A stretch of DNA of 31,498 nt, from the IMG/VR virus record IMGVR_UViG_3300006467_000155; one strand, written 5' to 3'. This DNA is from an uncultured virus (IMG/VR IMGVR_UViG_3300006467_000155) (taxonomy: Duplodnaviria; Heunggongvirae; Uroviricota; Caudoviricetes). Positions within the stretch are counted from its first letter, which is position 1, and each line of letters begins with the position of its first letter. The translations under genes and the position numbers were made by a program. The notes beneath the pieces were generated by a model, which saw only the letters and a list, made by a program, of their open reading frames with translations, did no database searches and was not told the origin of the DNA. This document shows, one piece after another, positions 1-8,477 of this stretch.

Positions 1-1
1 G

Positions 2-1135
2 GAAGTGGTTACGGGACCAGCCCACGAACTTTTTGTACTGGGTTGCGTAATCATCGTAGAAGGCTTTGATGACTCCATAAGCCTCCTTGGCGTTCTTGAT
101 GAAGAATGGGTATTCCTCCCCCAACGAGGCCACGGACCACTCGCACTTATACACGGCAATCGGCAGGCCCATGGTCAGTGGTTCAATCACCGACATGGAG
201 TAGTCCTCCTCGACGCTCAGGAACACCCCTACGTCTGATTCTTCTTTCACAATGCGCCAGAATTCTTCCCGGGGAGCCGGGACCACGTTCACGAACTCAG
301 GGACTTTGATGCCAGCCCCCACGCCCTTGGAGGCCGATGTCAGCACACAGTTCACCGGATGCTTGTCGTTGTTCCTCATGATCCAGTGCTTCGACATAAT
401 ATCCAGTATCTCCTCCATGCGGTGGCCTTTGACCAACCGGCCCGAGAAGGAAATGGTAAACGGCTTCTTGCGGTTGATGGTGGCTTCCACGGTCTTCTTG
501 CTCTTGAACTGAACATCGTGGAACAGGGACGGGGTGGCTTCGACTATGTTGTTGCCAATCTTCCGGGCGCTCGACGGGCTAAAGTGTTTCTTCGCCAGCT
601 CCATGATCTTGGCTTTCTCCCAATAGGCACAGATCGCCACCTTGTCAGCAGTCAGATACCCCAACATGGTCAGGTAGTCTGAGTAGTCTCCCGGTGGCGT
701 CTGCACAAATCCCTTGAAGCTCATCATCGGCATGTCTTCTAGGATCACGATCTTCCGGCACCACTTCAGCCGTTGGGCTCTCGGCTTGCAGCAGATCATC
801 CGGTACAGGGGAACCATGGCGGACTTGTTCGTTACCAGAATATCCCAGTCCCAGTAGTCGCCATCAAAGGCAATCACGTTCTCAAGGTCAAAGGCCAGTC
901 GGCTGTACTGCTTGTACCGGTCCAGCTCCTCATCCATCTGCAGGGGGATATACATGATCCGGTCACTCTGGGGCAGCCAGTTCAGTTCCTCGGCAGGCAG
1001 ATCGTTGGGGACAATCCAGTAGAAATAGGCGTCATCGTACTTCTCTGACAGGTGTTCAAATACCCTTACCATCTTGATCGTTGAGGCACACCTTGAGGGT
1101 AAAGTCGTATAGATGGGGTCAAGCAGTATCTTCAT
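2..1135 (-). CDS. GT-B fold glycosyltransferase, GT4-like (3' end beyond the window)
   Basis: Not in the ORF track; translated by hand from ATG 1135 (MKILLDPIYTT...), open to the window edge. Contains TISFSGRLVKGHR and SDVGVFLSVEEDYSMSVIEPLTMGLPI, matching the GT4 'GRl..K' and 'D....S..E......E....G.P' (EX7E) nucleotide-sugar motifs. Confidence 0.8.
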   Translation of the reverse strand, partial: MKILLDPIYTTLPSRCASTIKMVRVFEHLSEKYDDAYFYWIVPNDLPAEELNWLPQSDRIMYIPLQMDEELDRYKQYSRLAFDLENVIAFDGDYWDWDILVTNKSAMVPLYRMICCKPRAQRLKWCRKIVILEDMPMMSFKGFVQTPPGDYSDYLTMLGYLTADKVAICAYWEKAKIMELAKKHFSPSSARKIGNNIVEATPSLFHDVQFKSKKTVEATINRKKPFTISFSGRLVKGHRMEEILDIMSKHWIMRNNDKHPVNCVLTSASKGVGAGIKVPEFVNVVPAPREEFWRIVKEESDVGVFLSVEEDYSMSVIEPLTMGLPIAVYKCEWSVASLGEEYPFFIKNAKEAYGVIKAFYDDYATQYKKFVGWSRNHF

Positions 1136-1142
1136 GTACTCT

Positions 1143-1353
1143 CGCCTTTTTGGTTGGTTTCCTTCCCCCAAGGCGTGTATTGCGGGGCCTCAGGGCAATC
1201 GGTTCAAATCACTCAGGGTGTCTAGGATACTTTAGACTCCCTAGACATTGAAAGGACACTTTCAAAGGAGCATAGGACATTTCTGGCGGGATTATAAGTC
1301 AGGAGGGGAAACTTTTTGTCTATAGGCTATTGGGGGATTTCCTTTTCCCCCAA
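1143..1353 (-). promoter_or_regulatory. Intergenic leader with a TATAAT -10 box (1291-1296) and several inverted repeats
   Basis: Inverted repeats 1143-1148/1170-1175, 1179-1183/1195-1199, 1219-1226/1240-1247, 1248-1254/1259-1265 and 1330-1337/1346-1353. Perfect TATAAT on the minus strand, but the nearest -35-like TAGACA is 20 bp away. Confidence 0.4.
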
Positions 1354-1366
1354 AAATATCAATGAG

Positions 1367-2128
1367 TCAGTCGTCTTTGGGTAACGGTGTCCATGGGACT
1401 ACAGTGTCGTCCTTCAGCAGATAGTCGAACAACAGGGTTCTGCATCTCACCGCCCCCAACTTGAACACCCAGTCTATCCAACTGACGGTCGGGTCGATCA
1501 TGGGGAACTTGCCTTCCCTGTAGTGGACTTTGAACTTCTGATAGAACAGTTCGATGTTTCGTTTCTCGAAGGGCTCAGGGTCAAAGTAGTCATCCATGGA
1601 TTTCAGGCCTTGGATGTATCCTTGGTTATCTGTTTCCTCCACAAGTTGAGCTATCCACTCACAGGCGTTATCTGGTCTTTCCCCCACCAACATGGTGCTT
1701 GGGTGTATCCGGGCAGTGAGTTTCAGGACTCTGGCCATCAGGGTATAACTGGCGTACCCCACATCCGCAAAGGTCATGGTCTTGTAGTGGGGCAAGATGC
1801 TATCCCCCCACTCAATCAGGTAGGGCATCAGCTCGTCGTAGTACCGGGTCTTTCGGTAGGTCAGTTCCAGTGTGGTGAGTAACTTCCCCCACCAATCCGG
1901 AAAGTCCTTCAGGAAGGTTTCATTGAAGTTCTTTCTGCTACCCCCACTCTTGTCGAGGGGAATGGAGATTACCTGCAGGCCGTTCTTCGTCCCCAAGGTG
2001 AACCGGCAATGGGCTTTGGTCACTTGGGCTTCCTCCATCACCACAAAGTCCCGGCACTGTGACATGCGCTGGGCCATGTAGAACTGGGGGAATATCTGGG
2101 GCTGGGTGCTGGTCGTCAGGTCCATCAC
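1367..2128 (-). CDS. WbqC-like protein (putative aminoacyl/glycyl transferase family)
   Basis: N-terminal TQPQIFP...FVVMEEAQ...ISIPL, W..KLLTTLELTY.K..YYDE, YIQG...Y.D...F....I.L and VSWIDWVFKLG parallel the WbqC family pattern along the whole length. Confidence 0.75.
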   Translation of the reverse strand: MMDLTTSTQPQIFPQFYMAQRMSQCRDFVVMEEAQVTKAHCRFTLGTKNGLQVISIPLDKSGGSRKNFNETFLKDFPDWWGKLLTTLELTYRKTRYYDELMPYLIEWGDSILPHYKTMTFADVGYASYTLMARVLKLTARIHPSTMLVGERPDNACEWIAQLVEETDNQGYIQGLKSMDDYFDPEPFEKRNIELFYQKFKVHYREGKFPMIDPTVSWIDWVFKLGAVRCRTLLFDYLLKDDTVVPWTPLPKDD

Positions 2129-2736
2129 TTCCTCCGGGAGGGCATGTTCTTCACTGCGAACGTAATGTGGTTCCCCATGGATACCATGATCGGGTCTCGC
2201 TCTGGGTCCACACCATAGAGGCCGTAAACATACTCGGCATTCAGGCCCCGGAAGAAACCGTCATACTGGCTCTTGTCGATGAATGAGAGGATCACATGGC
2301 CCCCGGGCTTACAGGCATTGAACAGCCGGTCCCGGAAGGCCTCGTCTTCTTCATCTGACAGGCAGGCCAGAACACCCACCCCCACAACCACATCGTACTT
2401 GGGCTCGGGCGTGAACATTTCCATGATGTTCCCATGGTGGATTCGGTTGGCAATGTCCGGGTTCTGTACTCTGGCTTCATTGGCAATCCAGTCCATTTGC
2501 TCAATGCCTGTGTACTCAACTGGCTTCTGCAGGAAGTTGTAGAGGTCAGCGTAGCCACACCCCACATCCAGAACCGTGTAGTCCCCGAACACCCGGAGTT
2601 TACCGGCCACCTGCTCAATCAGGGCAGCAGTCTTGCTCATTCGTTCTTCCTTGGTGCCTTCAGGGTAGCCCAACGCAGGGTCGGTCCCTTTCTTGGCGAT
2701 GTTCTCCTCGTACATGGCCTCAATTTTCTTTTGCAT
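2125..2736 (-). CDS. Class I SAM-dependent methyltransferase
   Basis: Motif I VLDVGCG, YTGIE, KYDVVVGVGVL, CKPGGHVIL; stop overlaps the start of the WbqC-like gene. Confidence 0.85.
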   Translation of the reverse strand: MQKKIEAMYEENIAKKGTDPALGYPEGTKEERMSKTAALIEQVAGKLRVFGDYTVLDVGCGYADLYNFLQKPVEYTGIEQMDWIANEARVQNPDIANRIHHGNIMEMFTPEPKYDVVVGVGVLACLSDEEDEAFRDRLFNACKPGGHVILSFIDKSQYDGFFRGLNAEYVYGLYGVDPERDPIMVSMGNHITFAVKNMPSRRK

Positions 2737-2745
2737 GTTCTTTCC

Positions 2746-3843
2746 TCATTTGATTGGCTCGTGCAAAATCTTTTCGAGCGGGTCGGGGTCTTTGGCTCCG
2801 GTCCAGATATGCCCGGGCCATGGGTCTTCAGGGATCAGTCGTCCATACTCACGATACGCTCGGCAACAGCCTGCCATTGACCGGATGGTACCGGCAAACC
2901 GTGGGTCACTGCCCCCTGTGTGGATGCCATCGAGATAGTGGGAGGGGATGGGTTTTGGGTCTTTCCAGTATTCCCGGGCCAATTCCACGTAATCCTTCAC
3001 TTCATGGCCCTTGATCTGCCCGTCAGCTACTTCAAAGTTGAACATGATCTGATACAGAACTTGGCCCCAATAGTTGCTGTCCCCCCAGATAACCTTACCG
3101 TAAAACTCCATCAGGTCAATTAGCCGGATAGCGTTTTTACTGTCCTTGGCTTCGGCCAATGGTCTCAGGCGCTTCAGGAACTCAAACATGTCCCAGCCAT
3201 CCATGGTGTTCTTACTCTTTCTGGGTCTCGCCCACAGAACTTCGCTGTAGAGGGTGGCCAAGTACGCCTCATCGTCTTCCAAGGCTTCGAGCAGCAGCTT
3301 CTCAAGCTCAAGGGTGCTTATCTCATGGAACGCTGCCATCAACTCCTTGTCTTTCATGGCCTTTTCAGCCTTGTGGTAGTTAAGGAAGTAATACTGGCCA
3401 ATGGGCAGGGACCACCAATTATGAGTCCGACAGATGGCCAGCATATTACCCAGCGCCTTGATCTTGCTGTCCCGATAGGAATCCCACCAGACACGCACCT
3501 TCTCCATGCGGTCGATACAGAAGTTGTCTTCAGCAGCGATCAGCACCACCCGGCGTTGTAGCTTGTAGGTGGCTTCCGGGAATGTGCACAAGTAGTGATA
3601 CCAGATTGCTGTGTCCTCAGCATTACGCATCCGAACAGCCTTGATCAAAGCTGAAACGGCAGGACTATAGGTTGGGCGCTTGGGGCCGTCAGCCAGCATA
3701 CCGGTCAACGAGGCCATGTGCTTACAGGGCTTCTTGCTTTTGGATTTGGTAAAGGCGGGGCAGGTGCAGGTCTTATTGACCGTATCTACTTCGTAGTAAA
3801 CGTCCGGGTCTGAATGGCTCTGGACTTTAACTATGTTGCTCAT
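2746..3843 (-). CDS. SWIM zinc-finger protein with an MgsA/RarA-like helical C-terminal region
   Basis: CTCPAF...PCKH SWIM motif; VSALIKAVRMRN, RRVVLIAAED and IPSHYLDGIHTGG resemble the post-ATPase part of MgsA/RarA. Start moved to ATG 3843 because a promoter occupies 3871-3899. Confidence 0.6.
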   Translation of the reverse strand: MSNIVKVQSHSDPDVYYEVDTVNKTCTCPAFTKSKSKKPCKHMASLTGMLADGPKRPTYSPAVSALIKAVRMRNAEDTAIWYHYLCTFPEATYKLQRRVVLIAAEDNFCIDRMEKVRVWWDSYRDSKIKALGNMLAICRTHNWWSLPIGQYYFLNYHKAEKAMKDKELMAAFHEISTLELEKLLLEALEDDEAYLATLYSEVLWARPRKSKNTMDGWDMFEFLKRLRPLAEAKDSKNAIRLIDLMEFYGKVIWGDSNYWGQVLYQIMFNFEVADGQIKGHEVKDYVELAREYWKDPKPIPSHYLDGIHTGGSDPRFAGTIRSMAGCCRAYREYGRLIPEDPWPGHIWTGAKDPDPLEKILHEPIK

Positions 3844-3870
3844 AATGGCTCCATTTGGGTTTATTTTTTT

Positions 3871-3899
3871 ATTATCGTACATGTGGTTGGGTTTGTCAA
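3871..3899 (-). promoter_or_regulatory. sigma70-type promoter TTGACA-N17-GATAAT
   Basis: -35 at 3894-3899, -10 at 3871-3876; one of nine similar sites. Confidence 0.8.
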
Positions 3900-3906
3900 A
3901 TGTGAG

Positions 3907-3920
3907 TGACATTAATGTCA
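3907..3920. promoter_or_regulatory. 14-bp palindrome TGACATTAATGTCA (putative operator)
   Basis: Exact copy, 7 bp upstream of the -35; its TGA is the stop codon of the upstream gene. Confidence 0.8.
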
Positions 3921-4328
3921 AACAAGCTCATTCTCCGGTGCATCGTCATCCCATGGGGGAATGGTGGGGTGGTTGTAGGGTTTCACCTCCTGTCCTAATT
4001 CATTGGTGAGCTTGTGTGAGGCCTTTTGAGAGGGTATTCCTCCGGACCCTTGGGATGGTAGGGCCTTCTGCTTGCTGTACCAGCTCAGGAAGGCGGTGGC
4101 CCCTCCACGGAAGGTTTTTGCCCCCACCCCCACTATACGCCAGCGTCCAGTGCCCGGGTAAAAGTCTATCGGGGGCTTTCCTTCCTCCCGGAACAGTAAG
4201 GACTCGCCATGGTTCTTGGTGGTGAACTCATACGGGCAGGTCTCCAACACCTCCATGTTCTTCTGCCGGCGATCTTCCTTCTGCTCCTTCTCCCACTCCT
4301 TCCATCCTTCCCAGTCTTCGCTACTCAT
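3918..4328 (-). CDS. Hypothetical phage protein
   Basis: ORF track 3918..4373; GGAG RBS favours ATG 4328; IDFYPGTGRWR motif. Confidence 0.65.
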   Translation of the reverse strand: MSSEDWEGWKEWEKEQKEDRRQKNMEVLETCPYEFTTKNHGESLLFREEGKPPIDFYPGTGRWRIVGVGAKTFRGGATAFLSWYSKQKALPSQGSGGIPSQKASHKLTNELGQEVKPYNHPTIPPWDDDAPENELV

Positions 4329-4506
4329 TGCTGGTCTCCGGCTCCCGTCTCGGTGCTGGTATTGTTCTCTCATAGTTCAGTACCCGGACCCCCTTTGCTG
4401 GTAGGAACAGGTCACCGCAACGATGCCCTTTGATTCGTGTCACCCCGCCGAATCGGGTATGGCTGGCACAACGATGGTTTACTCTGGTTCTGATTACTGT
4501 GTTCAT
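4321..4506 (-). CDS. Small hypothetical protein
   Basis: ATG 4506 forms an ATGA overlap with the upstream stop and has a GGAG RBS; fills the gap between neighbours. Confidence 0.5.
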   Translation of the reverse strand: MNTVIRTRVNHRCASHTRFGGVTRIKGHRCGDLFLPAKGVRVLNYERTIPAPRREPETSNE

Positions 4507-5450
4507 TTTGATTCTCCGGTGGTTGGTGGTGCTGGGCGCTCCCCGATCCTTAATGGTCTTACAACCCATTTCCCAGAACCTTCGACTCCGCTGCCGGCTG
4601 CATCGTTTACGTGCTGCTGGCAAAGGTCATAGGCAATTCTGGCAGTCACGTTGTCCATGATTCGGACGCTATAACTGATCTGGCCTTCGTCATCTATCAC
4701 CCCGTAAGCGTCAGGAAGGTGGTTGCTTGCTTCGCACATCCGATCCCAAACATGACTAAGGTATCGTTTAGCGTTTTCAGGATGTTGTCTGTCGCGTTCA
4801 CTCATTGCCGCTTCTAGCATCCTTTCTGTCGGCAGCCTATCCTCACACCTAACCCACCCATTGCCGGGGCTGGTGGATAGCTCCCCGCCATGAGCCTGAA
4901 CTGAACCATTCACAGCATCCCTAAGCTCCGAAAGCTCCGCGTCTCCCTTCATCTCCAAATACTCGCTGGACAAATGCTTGAGGGCGTTACTTGCAACCGA
5001 GCCCGAATCAATAATCCGAGTACGACCGTTCACGACGTCAAAGTGCTTGCCGCTGGCGTACCACTTTAGTGCTTCTTCGGGCGTCCAATCGACGCGCTCA
5101 ATCTGATCAGCGATGCCCTCCGGCACCCCCTGACTCCAGGCTGGCGGGTTGGTACGAACTTTTGTTTCCTCGCATACAGGTCCGGCAAACCAGTCTTTAT
5201 CTCCGCACTTTAGGCAACGCTCTCCGGATTCATCCCACTCATGACGAGCCCCCGGCTCCGCATACTTGGTATGTGTGGCCTGCCAGTCCACAGCTTCCTG
5301 CCATGTCAGCCATAGATCATTGACTGGGTGATCGACATTGGGGTGGCCCCACCATTTGTAGGCCTGCTTTTCTTCGTTCCACTTGGCATCCACTGGGATG
5401 GCGTTCACCTTCTCAAATGCTTTTCTTGATTCAGTCTGCATCATCGTCAT
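4503..5450 (-). CDS. Hypothetical mosaic phage protein (DUF551-like 'WV.C.DRLP' fragment)
   Basis: Long ORF; GNGWVRCEDRLP and terminal PAPP are typical of phage early mosaic genes. Start uncertain (5441-5450). Confidence 0.65.
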   Translation of the reverse strand: MTMMQTESRKAFEKVNAIPVDAKWNEEKQAYKWWGHPNVDHPVNDLWLTWQEAVDWQATHTKYAEPGARHEWDESGERCLKCGDKDWFAGPVCEETKVRTNPPAWSQGVPEGIADQIERVDWTPEEALKWYASGKHFDVVNGRTRIIDSGSVASNALKHLSSEYLEMKGDAELSELRDAVNGSVQAHGGELSTSPGNGWVRCEDRLPTERMLEAAMSERDRQHPENAKRYLSHVWDRMCEASNHLPDAYGVIDDEGQISYSVRIMDNVTARIAYDLCQQHVNDAAGSGVEGSGKWVVRPLRIGERPAPPTTGESK

Positions 5451-5757
5451 GCCCCGCTGTATACTTCCATCCGTAGTCTCGGTACCGTTCAAGTCCTTTT
5501 CTCATGAATTCAATCTGACTACGAAGGTGGTTGGGGATTCCCTGTTTCTTTACTTCCACCAACAGGTCGTCCCATTTCTTCAGTTTCTTCAACCACGCCT
5601 TGGATAACAGGTGGTCAAGTGTTGTTGGTGCCTTTTCAGTGGCCATCTTCCAGCCGGCATACATCCAATCAAGTTGCTCTTTGGTTGGCTGCATGGTGGT
5701 GGGCCAAATAGTTTTGGCTACCAGCTTGTCGAATTCTTCTCTTGATTCGCTCATCAC
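5431..5757 (-). CDS. Hypothetical protein
   Basis: ORF coupled to both neighbours. Confidence 0.6.
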   Translation of the reverse strand: MMSESREEFDKLVAKTIWPTTMQPTKEQLDWMYAGWKMATEKAPTTLDHLLSKAWLKKLKKWDDLLVEVKKQGIPNHLRSQIEFMRKGLERYRDYGWKYTAGHDDDAD

Positions 5758-5981
5758 TTACCCCCCACATATTCGCTGGTCGGTGGCGGTGCCATGGGTG
5801 GTGTTCGGTCAGGTTGATTGGCTCGCACCTGCAGAAAGGCGTCCGCCATCTTGTAGGCTGACCGGGCAATGTCTCTGCGCCAATCCATGGAGGGCTCTGC
5901 GTCCCCGCTGCGGACTGAGGTTTGGTACTCCCGGTAAACCTCAGGAAGTAGGGCCTTTGCTATCTCGTCTCTTTCTTCCAT
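5754..5981 (-). CDS. Hypothetical phage protein
   Basis: ERDEIAKALL...IARSAYKMADAFL resembles a common small phage protein; AAGGGGAAG RBS. Confidence 0.65.
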   Translation of the reverse strand: MEERDEIAKALLPEVYREYQTSVRSGDAEPSMDWRRDIARSAYKMADAFLQVRANQPDRTPPMAPPPTSEYVGGK

Positions 5982-6111
5982 TCTTCTTCCCCTTGTTGTC
6001 CACCCGGCGCTGGTAGTAATAGATGCCCCGCTCGTAGCGGACGGTAATGCCTTGCTCGATCAGTGCCTTGGCTTTTCGCTCATTGCATCTGTACCAAGCT
6101 CTCTTGCTCAT
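5941..6111 (-). CDS. Small basic hypothetical protein (56 aa)
   Basis: Not in the ORF track; ATG 6111 in ATGA overlap with the upstream stop; MSKRAWYRCNERKAKALIEQGITVRYERGIYYYQRR... Confidence 0.5.
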   Translation of the reverse strand: MSKRAWYRCNERKAKALIEQGITVRYERGIYYYQRRVDNKGKKNGRKRRDSKGPTS

Positions 6112-6743
6112 TCCCACCCCAGCAAGTAGCCCCGCTTGGCCACCGCATAGATGAATTGCTGCAAGGTCTGACGAAGGTCGTTACCGTCCTCGTCTCTCAG
6201 GGGCAGGCTCAGGGTTTTTTCGGAGACCTCCTCCACGTCATCGAGGGTGAGCCCCTGACTGTTAAGCTCTGCGACTCCAATGGTTTCGCTCAGGACCACC
6301 ATAGCGTCCGATGGGTTGTAAGCCAGCACCATGTCATAGTCCCCGACCCGGTAGGCAGTGAGGTTGTCCAACCTTTCAAGGTCCGGGCCAAGAAGACCGG
6401 CAACCTGCTCATGCCACTTGGCTTCATCCCAAGCAGAGTCATTCTCGTGCTTGATAGCGTGTTCCATCAGCAGGGCTTTACATTCCCTCAGCTTACCCAG
6501 TTCTTCCCCCACCCGGTCTCTCTCCTCAGCTATGTCGAGTGCGTTGTTTACCTGCAGTCCGGCGATCCAGCCCCGCCAAGCCCACTCTGCTTCCATGGAC
6601 TCATACCGGTCATTGCGCGGGCCCTCCAACCTATCGAGAGGTAGGCCTGCCTGCATTGCGCTGGATTCAAAGAATGGCCTTTGCCTCTCCACTTTTTGTT
6701 CCAGACTCGGGGTGGTTAGGTTTGGCCTGATCATTCTGTTCAT
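6108..6743 (-). CDS. Hypothetical protein
   Basis: ORF track 6108..6800; GGAGG RBS favours ATG 6743. Confidence 0.7.
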   Translation of the reverse strand: MNRMIRPNLTTPSLEQKVERQRPFFESSAMQAGLPLDRLEGPRNDRYESMEAEWAWRGWIAGLQVNNALDIAEERDRVGEELGKLRECKALLMEHAIKHENDSAWDEAKWHEQVAGLLGPDLERLDNLTAYRVGDYDMVLAYNPSDAMVVLSETIGVAELNSQGLTLDDVEEVSEKTLSLPLRDEDGNDLRQTLQQFIYAVAKRGYLLGWE

Positions 6744-6936
6744 CGTGGTCCTCCGTGGGTCTTCCGTCTTTGAGAACCCCATGGTCAACATGCTTGGCAA
6801 TCCTGCCCCGGGTAATGATTACCGTGGGCTCCCGGGTTTCGAGTGACCAGCCGTTGTGCACGTACTTGTCAATTAGCCCCCGCATGTCCAGTTGGGTTCT
6901 CAGTTCAATGTGGTTCACTTTCGTCATAATAGTCAT
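6667..6936 (-). CDS. Hypothetical protein
   Basis: ORF fills the gap between neighbours; GGAGG upstream. Confidence 0.5.
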   Translation of the reverse strand: MTIMTKVNHIELRTQLDMRGLIDKYVHNGWSLETREPTVIITRGRIAKHVDHGVLKDGRPTEDHDEQNDQAKPNHPESGTKSGEAKAIL

Positions 6937-7222
6937 CGTAGCCTCCCGCCAGTTCTTCCTCCGTCATGGGGACTTCTGGCTGTTTCTCCGCTCTCATTGC
7001 TTCCATATAGGCCTCACAATGTTTCAGGCTCTCGGCCCCGGTGCCAACTTCACACACCCCATTGTGATTGCAGTTGCAGTGCCTACATTGATTGCTCACG
7101 TACAGGTGGTAGGCTTCCGCCCACATGTCACCGGTACACTTGCCTCCCCCAATCCGATGGGGGAAATGGTAGGCCCCACACCGGCAGGTTATCTGGAACG
7201 GGCGCTTACGACGACGAGCCAT
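6905..7222 (-). CDS. Cys/His-rich putative zinc-binding protein
   Basis: CRCGAYHFPHR...C and CRHCNCNHNGVC...C clusters; acidic tail. Confidence 0.65.
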   Translation of the reverse strand: MARRRKRPFQITCRCGAYHFPHRIGGGKCTGDMWAEAYHLYVSNQCRHCNCNHNGVCEVGTGAESLKHCEAYMEAMRAEKQPEVPMTEEELAGGYDDYYDESEPH

Positions 7223-7223
7223 G

Positions 7224-7727
7224 TCAGGCTCCCACCTTCTCGGCTTTTCTGGATCGGCGCTTTTCTCTCTGGATATTCAGTGCGTAAAGGCCCGCTTCTC
7301 GCTTGGTCATGCACGGTGTTTCCCATGCTTGCTCCAAGGTCATTCCTCTCTTACTCATCCGGTACAGGACGGTGTTTGGGTGGCCAATGCCCCACTCTCG
7401 GCAGTGCTCTGCCAAAGACTTGTACTTACCAAAAGCATAGTACTTGGGGATTGGTCGATTCGGGATAGGGTTGTTCTTGATCTGCTCGCTTTTACTTTTG
7501 CGGTAGACCTTTGACTGGCGGCCCTGCCATGAGAACTTGAACTCCCGCTTGTAGCAGAAGTTCTTGAGGTTCTTCATATCTACGCCCAGCTTATCGGCAA
7601 CTGTGCGCCAGACTTCGCCCTCCTTGGCCCATTCTTCAATCTGCTCTACCCAACACCGACCGTTTTCTTTCTCCCACTCCAACAGTAGTTGGGCAAGGGT
7701 TTTCTTCTTGGTCGTGGTAGTCTGCAT
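7224..7727 (-). CDS. Putative DNA-binding protein (HTH-like repeats)
   Basis: VADKLGVDMKNL and SLAEHCREWGI..NTVLYRMSKRGMTLEQA resemble HTH modules found with phage HNH proteins; no HNH motif seen. Confidence 0.6.
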   Translation of the reverse strand: MQTTTTKKKTLAQLLLEWEKENGRCWVEQIEEWAKEGEVWRTVADKLGVDMKNLKNFCYKREFKFSWQGRQSKVYRKSKSEQIKNNPIPNRPIPKYYAFGKYKSLAEHCREWGIGHPNTVLYRMSKRGMTLEQAWETPCMTKREAGLYALNIQREKRRSRKAEKVGA

Positions 7728-7728
7728 G

Positions 7729-8058
7729 TCAGCCCCCGGTCAGCTTCTTGGTGATCATTACAGCCAGATCATTGAGGATAGGGGTGCCCTTGGTGTGCTT
7801 GGCAAGGCGCTTGCCCCACTTCTCGTGCTTGTCCATGTACTCGGCCATAGCCGACTCCACCTTCCCCATAATAACCCCCGGGTCAAAGGACCGGGCAGGT
7901 TCCAACTTCACCAGATTATGGGCAGAGAAAAACCGCTGCACTCCGCTTGGGTATAGTTCCACCCAAACCTCATCTTTCGGGAATGGGGCCGGGTCTTCGA
8001 TAACTACCCCAAAGTCAAAAGCATTGGTTTGTACTGGATCACCTTTCTTGAATGTCAT
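7729..8058 (-). CDS. Hypothetical protein (SH3-like N-terminus)
   Basis: MTFKKGDPV...GVVIE...VWVE pattern; coupled to neighbours. Confidence 0.65.
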   Translation of the reverse strand: MTFKKGDPVQTNAFDFGVVIEDPAPFPKDEVWVELYPSGVQRFFSAHNLVKLEPARSFDPGVIMGKVESAMAEYMDKHEKWGKRLAKHTKGTPILNDLAVMITKKLTGG

Positions 8059-8453
8059 TCTTCGTTGTCTCCATCGAGTAGTTTGGCAACCTTGTCATGG
8101 AGCCGGGATGCGGCCCTGCAGTCGCCTATGGTCATCATTGCACCGTTTCTCACAAAGAGGGGTGCGTCATCGCCCATACTACCGTTGCTGGGCAAAGTCT
8201 GGCAGAAGTCCGGGTGGCAGAATGGAGCCAACACCTTGAAGCTCTCCTGCAGGGTGTCGTCGATCTTGGTCACCGTGGTTCTCAGGGCTTCCTTGATCTC
8301 CCACACCGTAGCGATCTGCAGGTTCAAGCGTTGGAGCTTTAAGGACAATTCATCGTCTGTCAGGTCGCCCCGGCCCCATTCTTCTTCATTGTGCTGCTTG
8401 ATCTTATGGTAAGTGGCAAGCTGTTCTTCCAACACTGCGTTAATGGTGTTCAT
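8055..8453 (-). CDS. Hypothetical protein
   Basis: ORF with GGAGG RBS. Confidence 0.7.
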   Translation of the reverse strand: MNTINAVLEEQLATYHKIKQHNEEEWGRGDLTDDELSLKLQRLNLQIATVWEIKEALRTTVTKIDDTLQESFKVLAPFCHPDFCQTLPSNGSMGDDAPLFVRNGAMMTIGDCRAASRLHDKVAKLLDGDNEE

Positions 8454-8477
8454 GGTTTACCTCCGTGTGAGAGTGGA

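Noticed and set aside
1330..1356. Hairpin after the WbqC-like gene as an intrinsic terminator
   Set aside because: No U-tract follows it on either strand; kept only as part of the structured intergenic region.
2125..2736. Methyltransferase as a DNA adenine/cytosine MTase
   Set aside because: No DPPY/NPPY or PCQ catalytic motif; it looks like a small-molecule or sugar MTase.
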